A DNA stretch of 64,000 nucleotides from Promethearchaeota archaeon (GTDB lineage: Archaea > Asgardarchaeota > Lokiarchaeia > Sigyniarchaeales > SOKP01). A program made the position numbers and the translations under genes. Location of the stretch: assembly GCA_016926735.1 (NCBI GenBank), contig JAFGOA010000063.1, forward strand, positions 10,226-74,225, given 5' to 3'. Of this stretch, positions 41,709-52,747 are shown piece after piece (the stretch's first letter is position 1; every line of letters starts with the position of its first letter). The notes below the pieces were generated by a model that was not told the DNA's origin, did no database searches, and saw only the letters and a program-made list of their open reading frames with translations.

Positions 41709-44684
41709 TTATATAAATAAATATTCTCTGATTACTTTACTAGATTCGACTGATTTAAGGATATTTAATCCATGAACAATAATCTCTTTTAAATCTACTT
41801 GAATTAAAGAATTAAGTTCAGATTCTTTTATTTTATCCCCTTTTTCAATATAATTTCTTACTTTCTTATGACAAGATTCTGAAAGTGACGCGATTAATAA
41901 TTGTTCTTTAGTATTATTAAACTTAGGGATGTTGAAATAGAGTGGTCTTTTATGATGATGTCTTGTATCGCTGATAATTTTTACGCTTTTAGATAATTCA
42001 GGAATATTTAGCATCCCACATAGATAGTGAGCTTCTATTTTATTAGTAGTGCCATAATAATAAAGAGTAGAATCAATGAAAATTCTTCCATTAGGATCTT
42101 CGATAACAGCGGAACACAAGCTCTTAGCATTTGGAAATATAATCTTATAAGGCATCCTTTGTTTCTTTTTAACAATAGAATTTGTACATAGTTTATTTCT
42201 ATAGTTAATTCCGATATCAAACAAATCTTTGTTCAATACTTTAAAATATATATCTTTTATTAATTCCCAATGTTTTCTACTAAATGGTCCTAAAGAGGAG
42301 ATTGAATACGCATAATTTTTATTTAAAGGTAAAAAAATATATCTGGGTTCTATATAAAAAGGATACATTTCTCTTGAAAGTGTAGCTTGAAAAAGACAAT
42401 CAGTTTCTATCCTTTGATTTTTATAGTGAGATTTATTCCAAGGTGCTTTGGCTTGTGGGGATATCCAAGGATTAATTACTGCAATATTACCATTTTGAAC
42501 TATATTTGAGACTTCACAATAGAGAAGTGATTTTGGTATTAGATCGGCTCCTTGTAAGAACCTTCTATAATAATCGGAGAGATGACATGGTAGTAAATCA
42601 TTTTTTTTTTCAGATTTTATTAATTTTTTAATGGTATATTTTTGTCCTGATTTTTCTTGGAAATAAATATATGGTTCACGATGATACATTTCTATGTCCT
42701 GCATATCATTATGATTAATAAAATGGCTTATTATGGGATACTTATCAAAAACCTTGTTAATAGGCGATTCTTGTCTATTATATAATGCAAATATACAACA
42801 ACAATCTATATTAAAAACCATATCATCAAATTCAAATAGTTCAATATTTTCAAAGGGTTCAAATCGTCTAGCTTTCTCGTTTTGAGAGGACATAATAAGA
42901 GATTTAGGCATAACAAAAGCTATTTTTCCTTTTCCATCTTTTTTAAGATAAAGATCAGGAATTTTATATAGAAATACCACAGCTTCTTCTATATTGGTAA
43001 TATTTTGAGCTGCTGGTTTTATATCAAATTGATCTGATATTTTCTTCATTGTTTTTTTTAATTTTGGATCTGCATCTTTATAAGTTAACCAAGGAGGATT
43101 AGTTATTATAAGATCCATTTTTTTCCTAAGTAACAAAATTCGAATCCCAACTAAATTATTAAGAATGTACAACCAAATATGATCTTTATCTTTTATCTTT
43201 AGATCAAAAAGAATCTTAAAAAATTGGTGAATTGATTTATTATTTTCACTATCTTGTTCAGAATATATTTCCTTGAGAATTTCATTAGATGAAATTGCTG
43301 CATCCCAAGTATCCTTGAATTTATTAAAATCTTCCCAAACATTATAAATTGCTTTAATTAATAATTGAAAGCTTTCTATTTTCGATGGTTCTAAAAAGTC
43401 ACTAGGAATTTTCAACTGTAGCTCATCACTAATGAGATCTACACAAAATGAATAATATTTACCTAATTCTAGATCGGATGATTCAGAAAATTCTAAGGGA
43501 TCAATAGAATTGCAGAGATATATATTTATATCAATCTTCTCTATGAAATCCTTTTTATCTTTAAAATATAAAATACAATTAGCTTTTGTAGTGAGTACTG
43601 CAATTGGATTAATATCAAATCCAAATATATTATTAATCGCATTAAACCATTGTTCGGGAAGATTACTATTTTTTAAGATATTATAGTATTGGTCTATATT
43701 TTTGTATATTTCAATTATAAAAGTACCAGAACCACAAGAAGAATCTAAAACACGATCTCCTATTTTATAGAATTTATCTACCATTTTTTTACATAATAAT
43801 TCAGGTGTATAATATTCTCCCAACTTATGTCGTACACCTGCTATTATCATTTCTTGATAAATCGTTCTAAATATATCTGTTGCTTTTAAACTCAATAATT
43901 TTATTTTTTCAAAGTAATCATCACATAAATTAGGAACGTTGATTACCCAAAGAAAGAAATCATGATGAAATAATGAAATTCCTAATAATTCAAAGTAATT
44001 CTTTAAGTCTTTAAAGTAATCACGAGAATATTGCTCTGGATCAAGAAATTCTTTGTATAAAATTAATTTTATTAACATACTTAGATAAGAATGTCTTAAG
44101 AATAATTCCTTTCCTACCTCTTGATCATGGTAAGCAAGAGAAAAATGTTTTTTCCACTGTTGAAAGCAAACAGTTTTTTCACCATTATGATCATCAAATC
44201 TATTTTCCAATCTTGAATATGCTAAAATATATAATGGTGAATTTACTCCAAAAAGAGTTGCAAATTGCTCTGAATCAATTTTCTTTGGCTCTAATAAACA
44301 TTCTAAGAGAGATTTAATTGTTTTTTCATTAACATCGCATTTATTTTTTAATATTAAATTCGTATCATAATACCAAATAAAAGATTCTGAAATAACTACC
44401 AGAAGTGATGGATTCCTTCCCCTTGTTTTATAATATTCTTCAATATACTGCCTTCCTTTAGATTCAACCCAAAGATTTAATGTTTTTTTTTTTATCTTAA
44501 ATTTAAAATCTATGATAATATCTCCAATTAAACAATCAGGTTTTCCCCTTAAAATTCGATTTTGAGCTTGATAAACGAGTCCTATTCTATCAAACCAACT
44601 ATCAAATCGATGTTCTATGTCATATTCATTAGAAGCTCTTTTGATTTTAGTAGTATCTATTTCTAAATCTTTTATTAAGAACAT
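41709..44684 (-). CDS. Type IIG-like fused restriction endonuclease/N6-adenine methyltransferase
   Basis: N-terminal PD-x6-DFK nuclease-like motif; GEYYTP, VLDSSCGSGTF, GFDINP, ITNPPW; C-terminal TRD. Confidence 0.85.
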   Translation of the reverse strand: MFLIKDLEIDTTKIKRASNEYDIEHRFDSWFDRIGLVYQAQNRILRGKPDCLIGDIIIDFKFKIKKKTLNLWVESKGRQYIEEYYKTRGRNPSLLVVISESFIWYYDTNLILKNKCDVNEKTIKSLLECLLEPKKIDSEQFATLFGVNSPLYILAYSRLENRFDDHNGEKTVCFQQWKKHFSLAYHDQEVGKELFLRHSYLSMLIKLILYKEFLDPEQYSRDYFKDLKNYFELLGISLFHHDFFLWVINVPNLCDDYFEKIKLLSLKATDIFRTIYQEMIIAGVRHKLGEYYTPELLCKKMVDKFYKIGDRVLDSSCGSGTFIIEIYKNIDQYYNILKNSNLPEQWFNAINNIFGFDINPIAVLTTKANCILYFKDKKDFIEKIDINIYLCNSIDPLEFSESSDLELGKYYSFCVDLISDELQLKIPSDFLEPSKIESFQLLIKAIYNVWEDFNKFKDTWDAAISSNEILKEIYSEQDSENNKSIHQFFKILFDLKIKDKDHIWLYILNNLVGIRILLLRKKMDLIITNPPWLTYKDADPKLKKTMKKISDQFDIKPAAQNITNIEEAVVFLYKIPDLYLKKDGKGKIAFVMPKSLIMSSQNEKARRFEPFENIELFEFDDMVFNIDCCCIFALYNRQESPINKVFDKYPIISHFINHNDMQDIEMYHREPYIYFQEKSGQKYTIKKLIKSEKKNDLLPCHLSDYYRRFLQGADLIPKSLLYCEVSNIVQNGNIAVINPWISPQAKAPWNKSHYKNQRIETDCLFQATLSREMYPFYIEPRYIFLPLNKNYAYSISSLGPFSRKHWELIKDIYFKVLNKDLFDIGINYRNKLCTNSIVKKKQRMPYKIIFPNAKSLCSAVIEDPNGRIFIDSTLYYYGTTNKIEAHYLCGMLNIPELSKSVKIISDTRHHHKRPLYFNIPKFNNTKEQLLIASLSESCHKKVRNYIEKGDKIKESELNSLIQVDLKEIIVHGLNILKSVESSKVIREYLFI

Positions 44685-44805
44685 AATAACAATTCTTTTT
44701 ATTGAACGTGATTTTTTGAATCTTAAGGAAATTACAAATTTATAATACTCCTATATTTTTTTAAATCTTTGCTATTAATGACTATAAAATAAGAGTAATA
44801 TACAA

Positions 44806-45327
44806 ATGATACAACATAAATCTCTGAATTATTTATTGGAAAAAACATCTACTTTTAACCAAATTAAATTAGGAAAGATAAAAACTGCTTTAGAAAGTAT
44901 AGCAAGAAAGAATGGTGAAGATGAATATTATGCAATAGATATATTAAATGAAAAAAGAAAAATAGAAATCGGATTAGATGAAGTAAAGACCTTAAGAAAT
45001 AGATATATATGGATCTGGATAACTATACCTTATAAGGAAAATACTTTTTTAAAAATCCAAGAATTAAATGATATTTATAATCTTCCAAAAAAGGATTATA
45101 TTAAATTATTAGAAATAGACAATAATAAATTTATTAAATTTGTAGAAAAAATTGAAATATGTGCTGTTTTTAAAGATGTATTTGAGATTTTAAAAGAGAA
45201 GTATGATATTAATAGTACTTTTTTAAATGAAAATGAATGGATATACATTCAAAATACAAATATATGGAATGAAGCAGAAATCCAAACTGCTCGAGAATTA
45301 ATTGCTGAAAAACTTTTAAATCAATAA
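44806..45327 (+). CDS. Hypothetical protein
   Basis: 173-aa ORF. Confidence 0.55.
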   Translation: MIQHKSLNYLLEKTSTFNQIKLGKIKTALESIARKNGEDEYYAIDILNEKRKIEIGLDEVKTLRNRYIWIWITIPYKENTFLKIQELNDIYNLPKKDYIKLLEIDNNKFIKFVEKIEICAVFKDVFEILKEKYDINSTFLNENEWIYIQNTNIWNEAEIQTARELIAEKLLNQ

Positions 45328-45594
45328 TAAAAACATCCCAAATACCTCTAATTCTCTAATCTTTTTCTAAAAGATTATAGACCAAATAAAATAACAAAAA
45401 TTTGAAGTTTTAAAAGAAAAACATTAGATTCTTAGATAAAAGGAATATATTGATTATTTATTGATGTATATATTCACACTCAATTCATCCATATTAAAGA
45501 AAGCAGTCTTCTTGGGTGATAACGTATAAAAAACAAAGTATAAATATTATTTAAAATAAGTTTTTTTTACTAAAATTAAATAATAAATTCTATC

Positions 45595-46050
45595 ATGAAT
45601 TCTAAAGTAGGATATATTAAGATTGTTAATGTTTTAATTCTTCCCTTAGCTATCTTCATTTTTGTTAATAAGCTTTATCTTGATATCGTTTTAGACGGAA
45701 TTCATTCATTTGGATCCACATTGGGAATTATTTTTATAATTTTTGTTTTTATAATGTTTATTATTGTGATATTAAAGGATTATTTTCAATCAAAATTAAA
45801 AAAAATGGATGAAACAATAGTTCCTTATCAATCAAGAACCTATGCTATCATTCTTGTTATAATCGGACTCTCACAATTTATTTTAGGGATTACTCTCCCT
45901 TGGCTTATTAAAAATAGATTTGAGTGGATAAATATTGCCTCAAATATTGTATTACTCTTTATTGTAGATTGGGATATTGCATTTCCTAAATTCTCAAAAA
46001 AAATAGAAGGATTTCTTGAATTTATTAGGAGAATTTTACGATATACTTAA
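45595..46050 (+). CDS. Four-TM membrane protein
   Basis: Hydrophobic segments. Confidence 0.6.
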   Translation: MNSKVGYIKIVNVLILPLAIFIFVNKLYLDIVLDGIHSFGSTLGIIFIIFVFIMFIIVILKDYFQSKLKKMDETIVPYQSRTYAIILVIIGLSQFILGITLPWLIKNRFEWINIASNIVLLFIVDWDIAFPKFSKKIEGFLEFIRRILRYT

Positions 46051-46133
46051 TTAAATTAAAAGTTAAAATAATTAGGATTAAAAATATACTTTTTTTTTTA
46101 TAATTAAGATTCTTAAATAGAATAAGGTATTTA

Positions 46134-47006
46134 TTATAAATATTTTTTAAAGAACTCTAACATTTTTTTTGGAGAATGGCTAAACCAATCATATGATTCT
46201 AATCTTTTTGTAGTTCCTTTAATCCAATACATTTCTTTTTCGACCTTTAATTCGTTATAGTATTCTTTTACCCAATCAAGGTTTGCCCATGGATCTCCTT
46301 CTGCTTGAACTACTAAAGTAGGAACTGTGATATTTTTTACGTTAGATAAACATGATGCGTAAAAATCAACTCCGCCACGTTCAAGGTTTATTTCATTTGC
46401 TCCTCTTACTTTTTTTTCAGAAAATCCATATCCTTTGATAAAATCTGAAATAACTATTGGTTGATTTGCTATAAGTGCTTTGATATTCTTATATTCTTGA
46501 AGTCCATTTTCAATTCCATATGCATAAGTAGTGGAATTTGCCCCCATACAGTAACTTAGAAGACCTATATTGCTATCTTTATAATCATTATGAGTTGATA
46601 TAAAATTAACAGCGGCAAGTACATCCTTATATTCTTCAACACCTCCCGCAATCCATTCAATTATACCTTTTTCACTATTGCCGTGGTTTCTTAAGTCATA
46701 CATCAGCACAGTATATCCTTCTTTTATAAGATGCCTCATTGTATTCAAATAATTTATTTCTTTTTTGTATGGCTTTGTCACTCCTTTTCCTTTAGGCGTA
46801 TACCCACTTCTGCTAGATTGCATTCCAAAATGAGTAAATATAATAACTTTTTCTTTCTTTCCTTTAATTAGCCATCCAGATAAGGTAATACCATCACTTG
46901 CTTTAAATGTTACATCTTCATACTCAAATCCAAAATCTTTCGGATTACTAAATACGGGGGAATGTCCTGGTTTTGCAACTGAATTTGCGATAAATTTTTC
47001 TAACAT
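46134..47006 (-). CDS. Alpha/beta hydrolase with Cys nucleophile elbow
   Basis: DG.TLSGW, YDLRNHGNS, LSYCMGA, EGDPW. Confidence 0.85.
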   Translation of the reverse strand: MLEKFIANSVAKPGHSPVFSNPKDFGFEYEDVTFKASDGITLSGWLIKGKKEKVIIFTHFGMQSSRSGYTPKGKGVTKPYKKEINYLNTMRHLIKEGYTVLMYDLRNHGNSEKGIIEWIAGGVEEYKDVLAAVNFISTHNDYKDSNIGLLSYCMGANSTTYAYGIENGLQEYKNIKALIANQPIVISDFIKGYGFSEKKVRGANEINLERGGVDFYASCLSNVKNITVPTLVVQAEGDPWANLDWVKEYYNELKVEKEMYWIKGTTKRLESYDWFSHSPKKMLEFFKKYL

Positions 47007-47089
47007 TTTAATTCCTCTATCCTATAATTTATTTTTATCTCACTTATCTTTTATATTATTTTTAAAGTAATTTTTAAAATTATCTTAAA

Positions 47090-47221
47090 TGAGTGACTCG
47101 TCACTCAATATTATTATTAGAAATGAATCATCACTCATATATAAATGTTTTTTTTTGTAATAATAAAGCTTAAAAATTATTAAGTATAATTTATTTATAA
47201 ATAATTATGAGTCATCACTCA
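47090..47221. promoter_or_regulatory. TetR-type operator sites (3 copies)
   Basis: Perfect palindrome TGAGTGAC-TC-GTCACTCA at 47090-47107; variants ending TCATCACTCA at ~47122-47137 and 47208-47221. Confidence 0.8.
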
Positions 47222-47259
47222 TTATAATCATATTAATAACCAAAATCAAAATAATTTAT

Positions 47260-47841
47260 ATGTCAAAAAATAAAGAAAGAAGGCAGGAAATATTAAATCA
47301 TGCTCTAAATTTATTTGTCGAAAAAGGGTATCATGAAACACGTACTTCTGAAATCTCAGAGAGTGTTGGAATTGCTTCAGGGACTTTATTTAATTATTTT
47401 GATAAGAAAGAGGAATTAATCAATAATTTATATATTCAAATTAAAGAGGAGCTTTTTTCAATTTTAATCAATAAAAAACCCTCAGATGAGCATATATACA
47501 GCTATATAAAGAGGAATTGGATGAATTTTGTTTCATGGGGTGTGAAAAATCATAAAAAAGTTCTTTTTATTATGCAAATGGAGGATTCTCCAATAATTTC
47601 AGAAGAAATTAAAAATAAGGTTGAAGCTAAAGTTGCTGATTATATCTCAATTTATGAAGAAGGGATTACTCAAGGGTTATTAAAAGATATTCCATCAATG
47701 CTTGGTTTAAGAATGTATTATAATGCTGTTTTTTCTACTATTAATTATATCGTTAAATTTGAATCGAATATAACGGAAGCACAGCAGGCTGAAATTTCAG
47801 AAAAAGCATTTAATAATTATCTATATGGAGTCAGACTTTAA
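47260..47841 (+). CDS. TetR/AcrR family transcriptional regulator
   Basis: ILNHALNLFVEKGY..T.TSEI...VGIASGTLFNYF.KKEEL. Confidence 0.93.
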   Translation: MSKNKERRQEILNHALNLFVEKGYHETRTSEISESVGIASGTLFNYFDKKEELINNLYIQIKEELFSILINKKPSDEHIYSYIKRNWMNFVSWGVKNHKKVLFIMQMEDSPIISEEIKNKVEAKVADYISIYEEGITQGLLKDIPSMLGLRMYYNAVFSTINYIVKFESNITEAQQAEISEKAFNNYLYGVRL

Positions 47842-47844
47842 GAA

Positions 47845-48795
47845 ATGGATCTTTTTACTCATTTTGTTTTTGGTTTGCTAATGTATGTCTTTTTTTTAAA
47901 AGATGTAACTTTTAATTATATCATACTTGCCTTATTTGCGTCAATTTTGCCTGATTTAGATGTTTTTTTATCTCCTTTAAAAAGAAAATTCAAATCAAAT
48001 TACCTTGAACATCGAGGCGGATCTCATTCTTACATAATTGGAATAATAACATCTTTAGTTATTGGTTTATTATTTGCTTTACTCACACATCAATCATTTT
48101 TCTTATCTTGGCTTATAAGCTCGATTTTTTATAGTCTTCATGTATCTATGGATCTTCTTACAACATCAAAAATCCCCTATTTATATCCTCTTTCTAAAAA
48201 GGAATATTGTTTTTATGTAGAAAAAGCAGGTAGTCTGTTTACAATGATAAATTCAATAGTTTTTCTAATCTTATTGCAATTATTAGTATATAATTCTGCT
48301 GATATTTTTCTGCTTAATTTATATGCTAATTTTTATACCATTTTTTTTATTGCTTATTATATATACCGAATACTTTCAAAAATCCTAATCTCTTTAGATC
48401 TTAAAAAAGAATATAAATATTTTCCTGGAATTTTACCTTTTAATTATTTTCTATATAAATTTGATTATTCTGGAAGTAAAATATCACAAAGTATAGAGAG
48501 AAAATCTCATTTTTGGAAAAAAAAAAAGATACAAAATATTGATAACATATTAGATACTGAAGAAAAAGAGATATTCATGAAAGCTATAGAAAAGTGTAAA
48601 AAAATATACTATTACACAAAATGGACTTTGTTTCCTATTTTTATTCGAAATGGTGTTTTATTTACTGTGAAATTTTTCTTTTTAGAAACCATGATAAGGA
48701 ATAGAACGATGTATATTCAATTTGATTTTAACAAACTTACTCACAATCTAATTAATACTTCTCGAGGATCTGGTATTATTTCAACTGTTTGTTGA
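47845..48795 (+). CDS. Membrane-bound metal-dependent hydrolase (YdjM-like)
   Basis: MDLFTH, LPDLD, HRGGSHS, H..MD motifs. Confidence 0.82.
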   Translation: MDLFTHFVFGLLMYVFFLKDVTFNYIILALFASILPDLDVFLSPLKRKFKSNYLEHRGGSHSYIIGIITSLVIGLLFALLTHQSFFLSWLISSIFYSLHVSMDLLTTSKIPYLYPLSKKEYCFYVEKAGSLFTMINSIVFLILLQLLVYNSADIFLLNLYANFYTIFFIAYYIYRILSKILISLDLKKEYKYFPGILPFNYFLYKFDYSGSKISQSIERKSHFWKKKKIQNIDNILDTEEKEIFMKAIEKCKKIYYYTKWTLFPIFIRNGVLFTVKFFFLETMIRNRTMYIQFDFNKLTHNLINTSRGSGIISTVC

Positions 48796-48871
48796 AATTT
48801 TATAGAGACAATAATTATTTATAATAACCATAAAATTGTGATTAAATCCAACAACCTCATAAAAATATAAA

Positions 48872-49987
48872 TTAAGAGAAATATTTCAATGCTATTTCTT
48901 CTGCTTCACTAAAATTAGAAGATTGACCTTTAAAAGTTCTCAGTTCTTTAGAGAAATTTTTTTCAAACTCTTCTACGAAATTCTTATGGGCAATTTCAGA
49001 TGCTTGAGTTGAGTAATCAATAATTATAACGCTTATAAAGTGTTCACGAGATATAAATCTTACTTCCCTGCCTTTTAAATTAATTGATTCAAGCTCTTCT
49101 GGAGTTCTAGTTGTTTCTTGGACTAAAGAATTTATTACAGAGAAAACTCCTGCAATTAAACCTGATTCTTCTTGATCAAATTTTCTGTAAAATGATTTAT
49201 TAAACAATTCAATTCCACTTCTATTAAAAACCATTAACAAGTGAATTTTTTGTCTTTGTAATAACCAAGGATTTTTAGATACTTTCAAGAAAGCGTAACA
49301 ATTTATATATACTCCTATGTGTTGAATGAATACGGTTAATATTGCAAAGTTAATAAATACATTAGCATAACTGCTGGGATCAGTGAATTCTATTGCAAAT
49401 GGAACAATCGCAACAGAAAGTGATAAAAGAATTCCAACTATTAGTCTAGACATGAAAGTTTTTTGTTTTTTTGACCATGCTTCTTTTTTGTTATTGTAAA
49501 GCATAACTACTAACAAGACAAATGTTATAAAATAGAAACACGCCATAATAATTGCTATAGGGCTTCTTGAATAAGTAAATAGATGGTATGCTTCAAATGA
49601 TTCATTTATTACTGGAGGTCTTGAAATTAATCCTCCAATCATTGCAAATATAAACATAGACATTATTGTTTGTTTTATTGTAAATTGAGTATTTTTTTCA
49701 AATACTTCAAGTAACATTATAAGTGCGAATAAAGTAGACATATCTAATATTTCACTTATAATATGAAAGATTAATGCAATATCATCATTGCTAAGTACTA
49801 ATTTAAAATATCCAAAGAAATTTGCTAAGATGTGATTGGCTAGATAAAATATTAAATATGCTATAATTTTTTGTTTGGTCCTGATATAATTTCTAATGAA
49901 ATGAATTAAAAACGATAATGATATTACTGCAAAAAGAAAAAAAGATAATTCATACATAATAATAAAGATAGTTGTCACATCTGCCAT
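48872..49987 (-). CDS. About 7-TM membrane protein with C-terminal longin-like domain
   Basis: TM block followed by LMVFNRSGIELF...LIAGVFSVINS...FVEEFEKNF...F...EEIALKYF. Confidence 0.65.
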   Translation of the reverse strand: MADVTTIFIIMYELSFFLFAVISLSFLIHFIRNYIRTKQKIIAYLIFYLANHILANFFGYFKLVLSNDDIALIFHIISEILDMSTLFALIMLLEVFEKNTQFTIKQTIMSMFIFAMIGGLISRPPVINESFEAYHLFTYSRSPIAIIMACFYFITFVLLVVMLYNNKKEAWSKKQKTFMSRLIVGILLSLSVAIVPFAIEFTDPSSYANVFINFAILTVFIQHIGVYINCYAFLKVSKNPWLLQRQKIHLLMVFNRSGIELFNKSFYRKFDQEESGLIAGVFSVINSLVQETTRTPEELESINLKGREVRFISREHFISVIIIDYSTQASEIAHKNFVEEFEKNFSKELRTFKGQSSNFSEAEEIALKYFS

Positions 49988-50398
49988 ATCATTACATCAA
50001 ATTCTATTTAATTCATTTTCTAATTAATATTAGATTCAGAATTTAAGTTTTTTTTTTATTCATATGTTTTTTTTTTAAGAATCTTATGAAAAAATATCCA
50101 ATATACGATTAAAATTTCTTGAAAGTTATGTTTTAATTTTTTAAAATTAACAATATTATATTATAACAGTCTAAAATGCGAAAAGATGAAAGAGATCTTA
50201 CAGTTCCAATTTCACTTTTAATTTATAAATTCAGGAAGATTTTCTCAAACTTATAGAATGAAAATTTTTTTTAGACAAAGGTTGGATAAAGAATTAGATT
50301 TGAATTTGGATTTTTAAATTCTTATAATAACATAATTCAATTAAATATTTGATATAGAAAATTAATCAAACTTATATAATTTTAAAATAATAATTTAA

Positions 50399-51838
50399 AT
50401 GAATAAACACATGGCTGATAAATTGGCAAAAATATCAGAAAGACATTATAGAAGAACATTGGGTGTACATTTAACATCTAAAGATATTTTTAATAGATAT
50501 ATTTTTCCAAGAATAAAAGATATCCTATATAATTATATTTGGGTTGATCTCTATGCAGGAGAGGGTAATTTAGTTCTTCCTATTTTAAATTCAGTTCCTA
50601 ATAAAGAACGCATAGAATTCTTTAAAAACCATATTTATTTATTTGATATTCAAAAAGATATGGTTGAAAAATCTATAGAAAATGCTATTGGATATGGTAT
50701 TCCTAAAGATATAGCGAAAATAAATATATTTCAGAGAGATAATTTAGCATCTTTTCCAAAATTTCTGTTAAAAAAAAAGATTCCAATTTTCCATATTACT
50801 AATCCCCCATATCTTTATTTAGGATTTATAAGAAAACATAAAAATGCTCAAATTCATTTAAAATATTTTAAAGAAGAAAATCGAGGATATCAAGATCTTT
50901 ATCAAATAGCTATGATGAATGATTTAAGGAATAATATCGAACATCTAATCTATATAATTCCCTCGAATTTTCTTTTTGGGTCATCTGTTTCAAATAAATT
51001 TAGAAATGATCTCTTGAAACACTTTAAAATTGAAAAAATGCTTATTTTTGAAACAAAAATATTTGAATATACTGGAATGAATATTTGTATAGGATTTTTC
51101 AAGAAAAAAAAAAGCCCTAAATCAGTTATAATGACTTTTAAAGGAATAAAAATAAAAAATGACAATAAATTTATAGAAAGAGAATATAAATTAAAACCAG
51201 AATATAATTATCGTGGAGGAAGTGATTTCGATGAATTTGTTCACTATTATAAAAATAAATCTTCATTAAATGTCAAATATTATCTTTTGAAAAAAGATAT
51301 TGATGAAAATTTGGGCGATTATCCAATTAAAGTAATAAATTCAAGTGATTATAACTCAAATAAGTATAATAAATTAACTTTAACTGTAAATAAAAATTTA
51401 AAGGAAAAGATTGAGAAAAATATACTTTATGTTAGAACCGTTGATACTGGTTCCTATAAAGGACGGGTAGGACTATATGTAATTAAAGATGATTTCCAAG
51501 TTGACGGAATCTATGTTTCAAGAAATACATATCGAACATCTCCTATTCACATTTTTATAGAACCTACAATTTCAATAGAAGAGCAATATTTATTGAAAAA
51601 TTATGTTAATTTTATTTTAGAACATTTTAGAGAAAATCTTGATAGTGACTTTTTAACTACATATAAATACTCTAATGCAGATTATACACGAAAATATCTT
51701 GGATTAACTCAAACAAGAGAATTAATTCAGTCATTTCCAAATTTAAATCGAAATTTAGAAATTAAGGGTAAATTCCAAGACGCTATAAAAAATAGGGATT
51801 TCTTAAAAGTAAATAAAATTATGAAAAACTCCTTTTGA
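50399..51838 (+). CDS. N6-adenine DNA methyltransferase (gamma class)
   Basis: VDLYAGEGNL, ITNPPY, DLYQ, IIPSNFL. Confidence 0.82.
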   Translation: MNKHMADKLAKISERHYRRTLGVHLTSKDIFNRYIFPRIKDILYNYIWVDLYAGEGNLVLPILNSVPNKERIEFFKNHIYLFDIQKDMVEKSIENAIGYGIPKDIAKINIFQRDNLASFPKFLLKKKIPIFHITNPPYLYLGFIRKHKNAQIHLKYFKEENRGYQDLYQIAMMNDLRNNIEHLIYIIPSNFLFGSSVSNKFRNDLLKHFKIEKMLIFETKIFEYTGMNICIGFFKKKKSPKSVIMTFKGIKIKNDNKFIEREYKLKPEYNYRGGSDFDEFVHYYKNKSSLNVKYYLLKKDIDENLGDYPIKVINSSDYNSNKYNKLTLTVNKNLKEKIEKNILYVRTVDTGSYKGRVGLYVIKDDFQVDGIYVSRNTYRTSPIHIFIEPTISIEEQYLLKNYVNFILEHFRENLDSDFLTTYKYSNADYTRKYLGLTQTRELIQSFPNLNRNLEIKGKFQDAIKNRDFLKVNKIMKNSF

Positions 51839-51967
51839 TGATTTAAATACTACCAGCTCCCACTCCATTGTATAAATTTTATAATGATTCAAACCGTTTT
51901 AATACTTTTAAGGCTCCAAAAGTATCCCATCTTTTGGGTTTATCAATCTCTTTCATAAGAAAATAAA

Positions 51968-52747
51968 TTATTTTTTAAGTTTTTTATAAATTTCAAATAC
52001 AATAAAAACACCAATAATGATCATTGCTGTTAATGCTGTATATCCCACTAATGGATTTAAAGAATTTTGCTTGATAAAAATACCTAATAATGCCCAAATA
52101 CTTACTAATGAAAACGCAATATCTTTCCGTGTATATAAAATCAAAAGATTAATAATTACTGCAACGCTGATTACTAAAATCGTCCAAAATTCTTCAGGTA
52201 AACCAAATCCATCCCAATTTATTGAGACTAGAAAAGCAGTTACATTTGCGATTGTTGCAATTGTTATCCACCCTATATAGATACTGATTGGGATATGAAT
52301 AAATCTATTTTCTCCCTTTGACACCTTAATTTTTCCAATACCTAAGCGAAGATACAATATTAACAAAGATATAAATAAAATTATCATAATTAATAATGAA
52401 AGAGGTACTAGTTGATAATGCCAAGCGAATATCCAAGCAAAATTAGCAATATTACTCACGATAAAAAAAAAACTAATTTTTTCTAAAAATGGTAAAGTTC
52501 CTTTTTCTTTTTTTAATAAATCTTTTGCTTGATAATAGCTAAAAACACCTAATAGAATGTAAATTATTGACCATATACTAAAAGTAATTCCAGCAGGAAC
52601 AAATAAATTAGGATATGCATCAGAAAGCTCAGCTGTGCTTTTATTATTTAAAGGTAGTATCACAGCTAACATATTTGCAATAAACATTAAAATAAAAGTA
52701 AATATGTTTAAAATTTGCATTAATTTTTTATTGTCTAATTTAATCAT
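51968..52747 (-). CDS. TspO/MBR-like tryptophan-rich membrane protein
   Basis: LSDAYPNLFVPAG.TFSIW..IY, SIYIGWITIATIAN, WAL.GI. Confidence 0.78.
   Translation of the reverse strand: MIKLDNKKLMQILNIFTFILMFIANMLAVILPLNNKSTAELSDAYPNLFVPAGITFSIWSIIYILLGVFSYYQAKDLLKKEKGTLPFLEKISFFFIVSNIANFAWIFAWHYQLVPLSLLIMIILFISLLILYLRLGIGKIKVSKGENRFIHIPISIYIGWITIATIANVTAFLVSINWDGFGLPEEFWTILVISVAVIINLLILYTRKDIAFSLVSIWALLGIFIKQNSLNPLVGYTALTAMIIIGVFIVFEIYKKLKK

Noticed and set aside
51879-51956. 25-aa minus-strand ORF MKEIDKPKRWDTFGALKVLKRFESL
   Set aside because: Looks like a C-terminal gene scrap; too short to support a call
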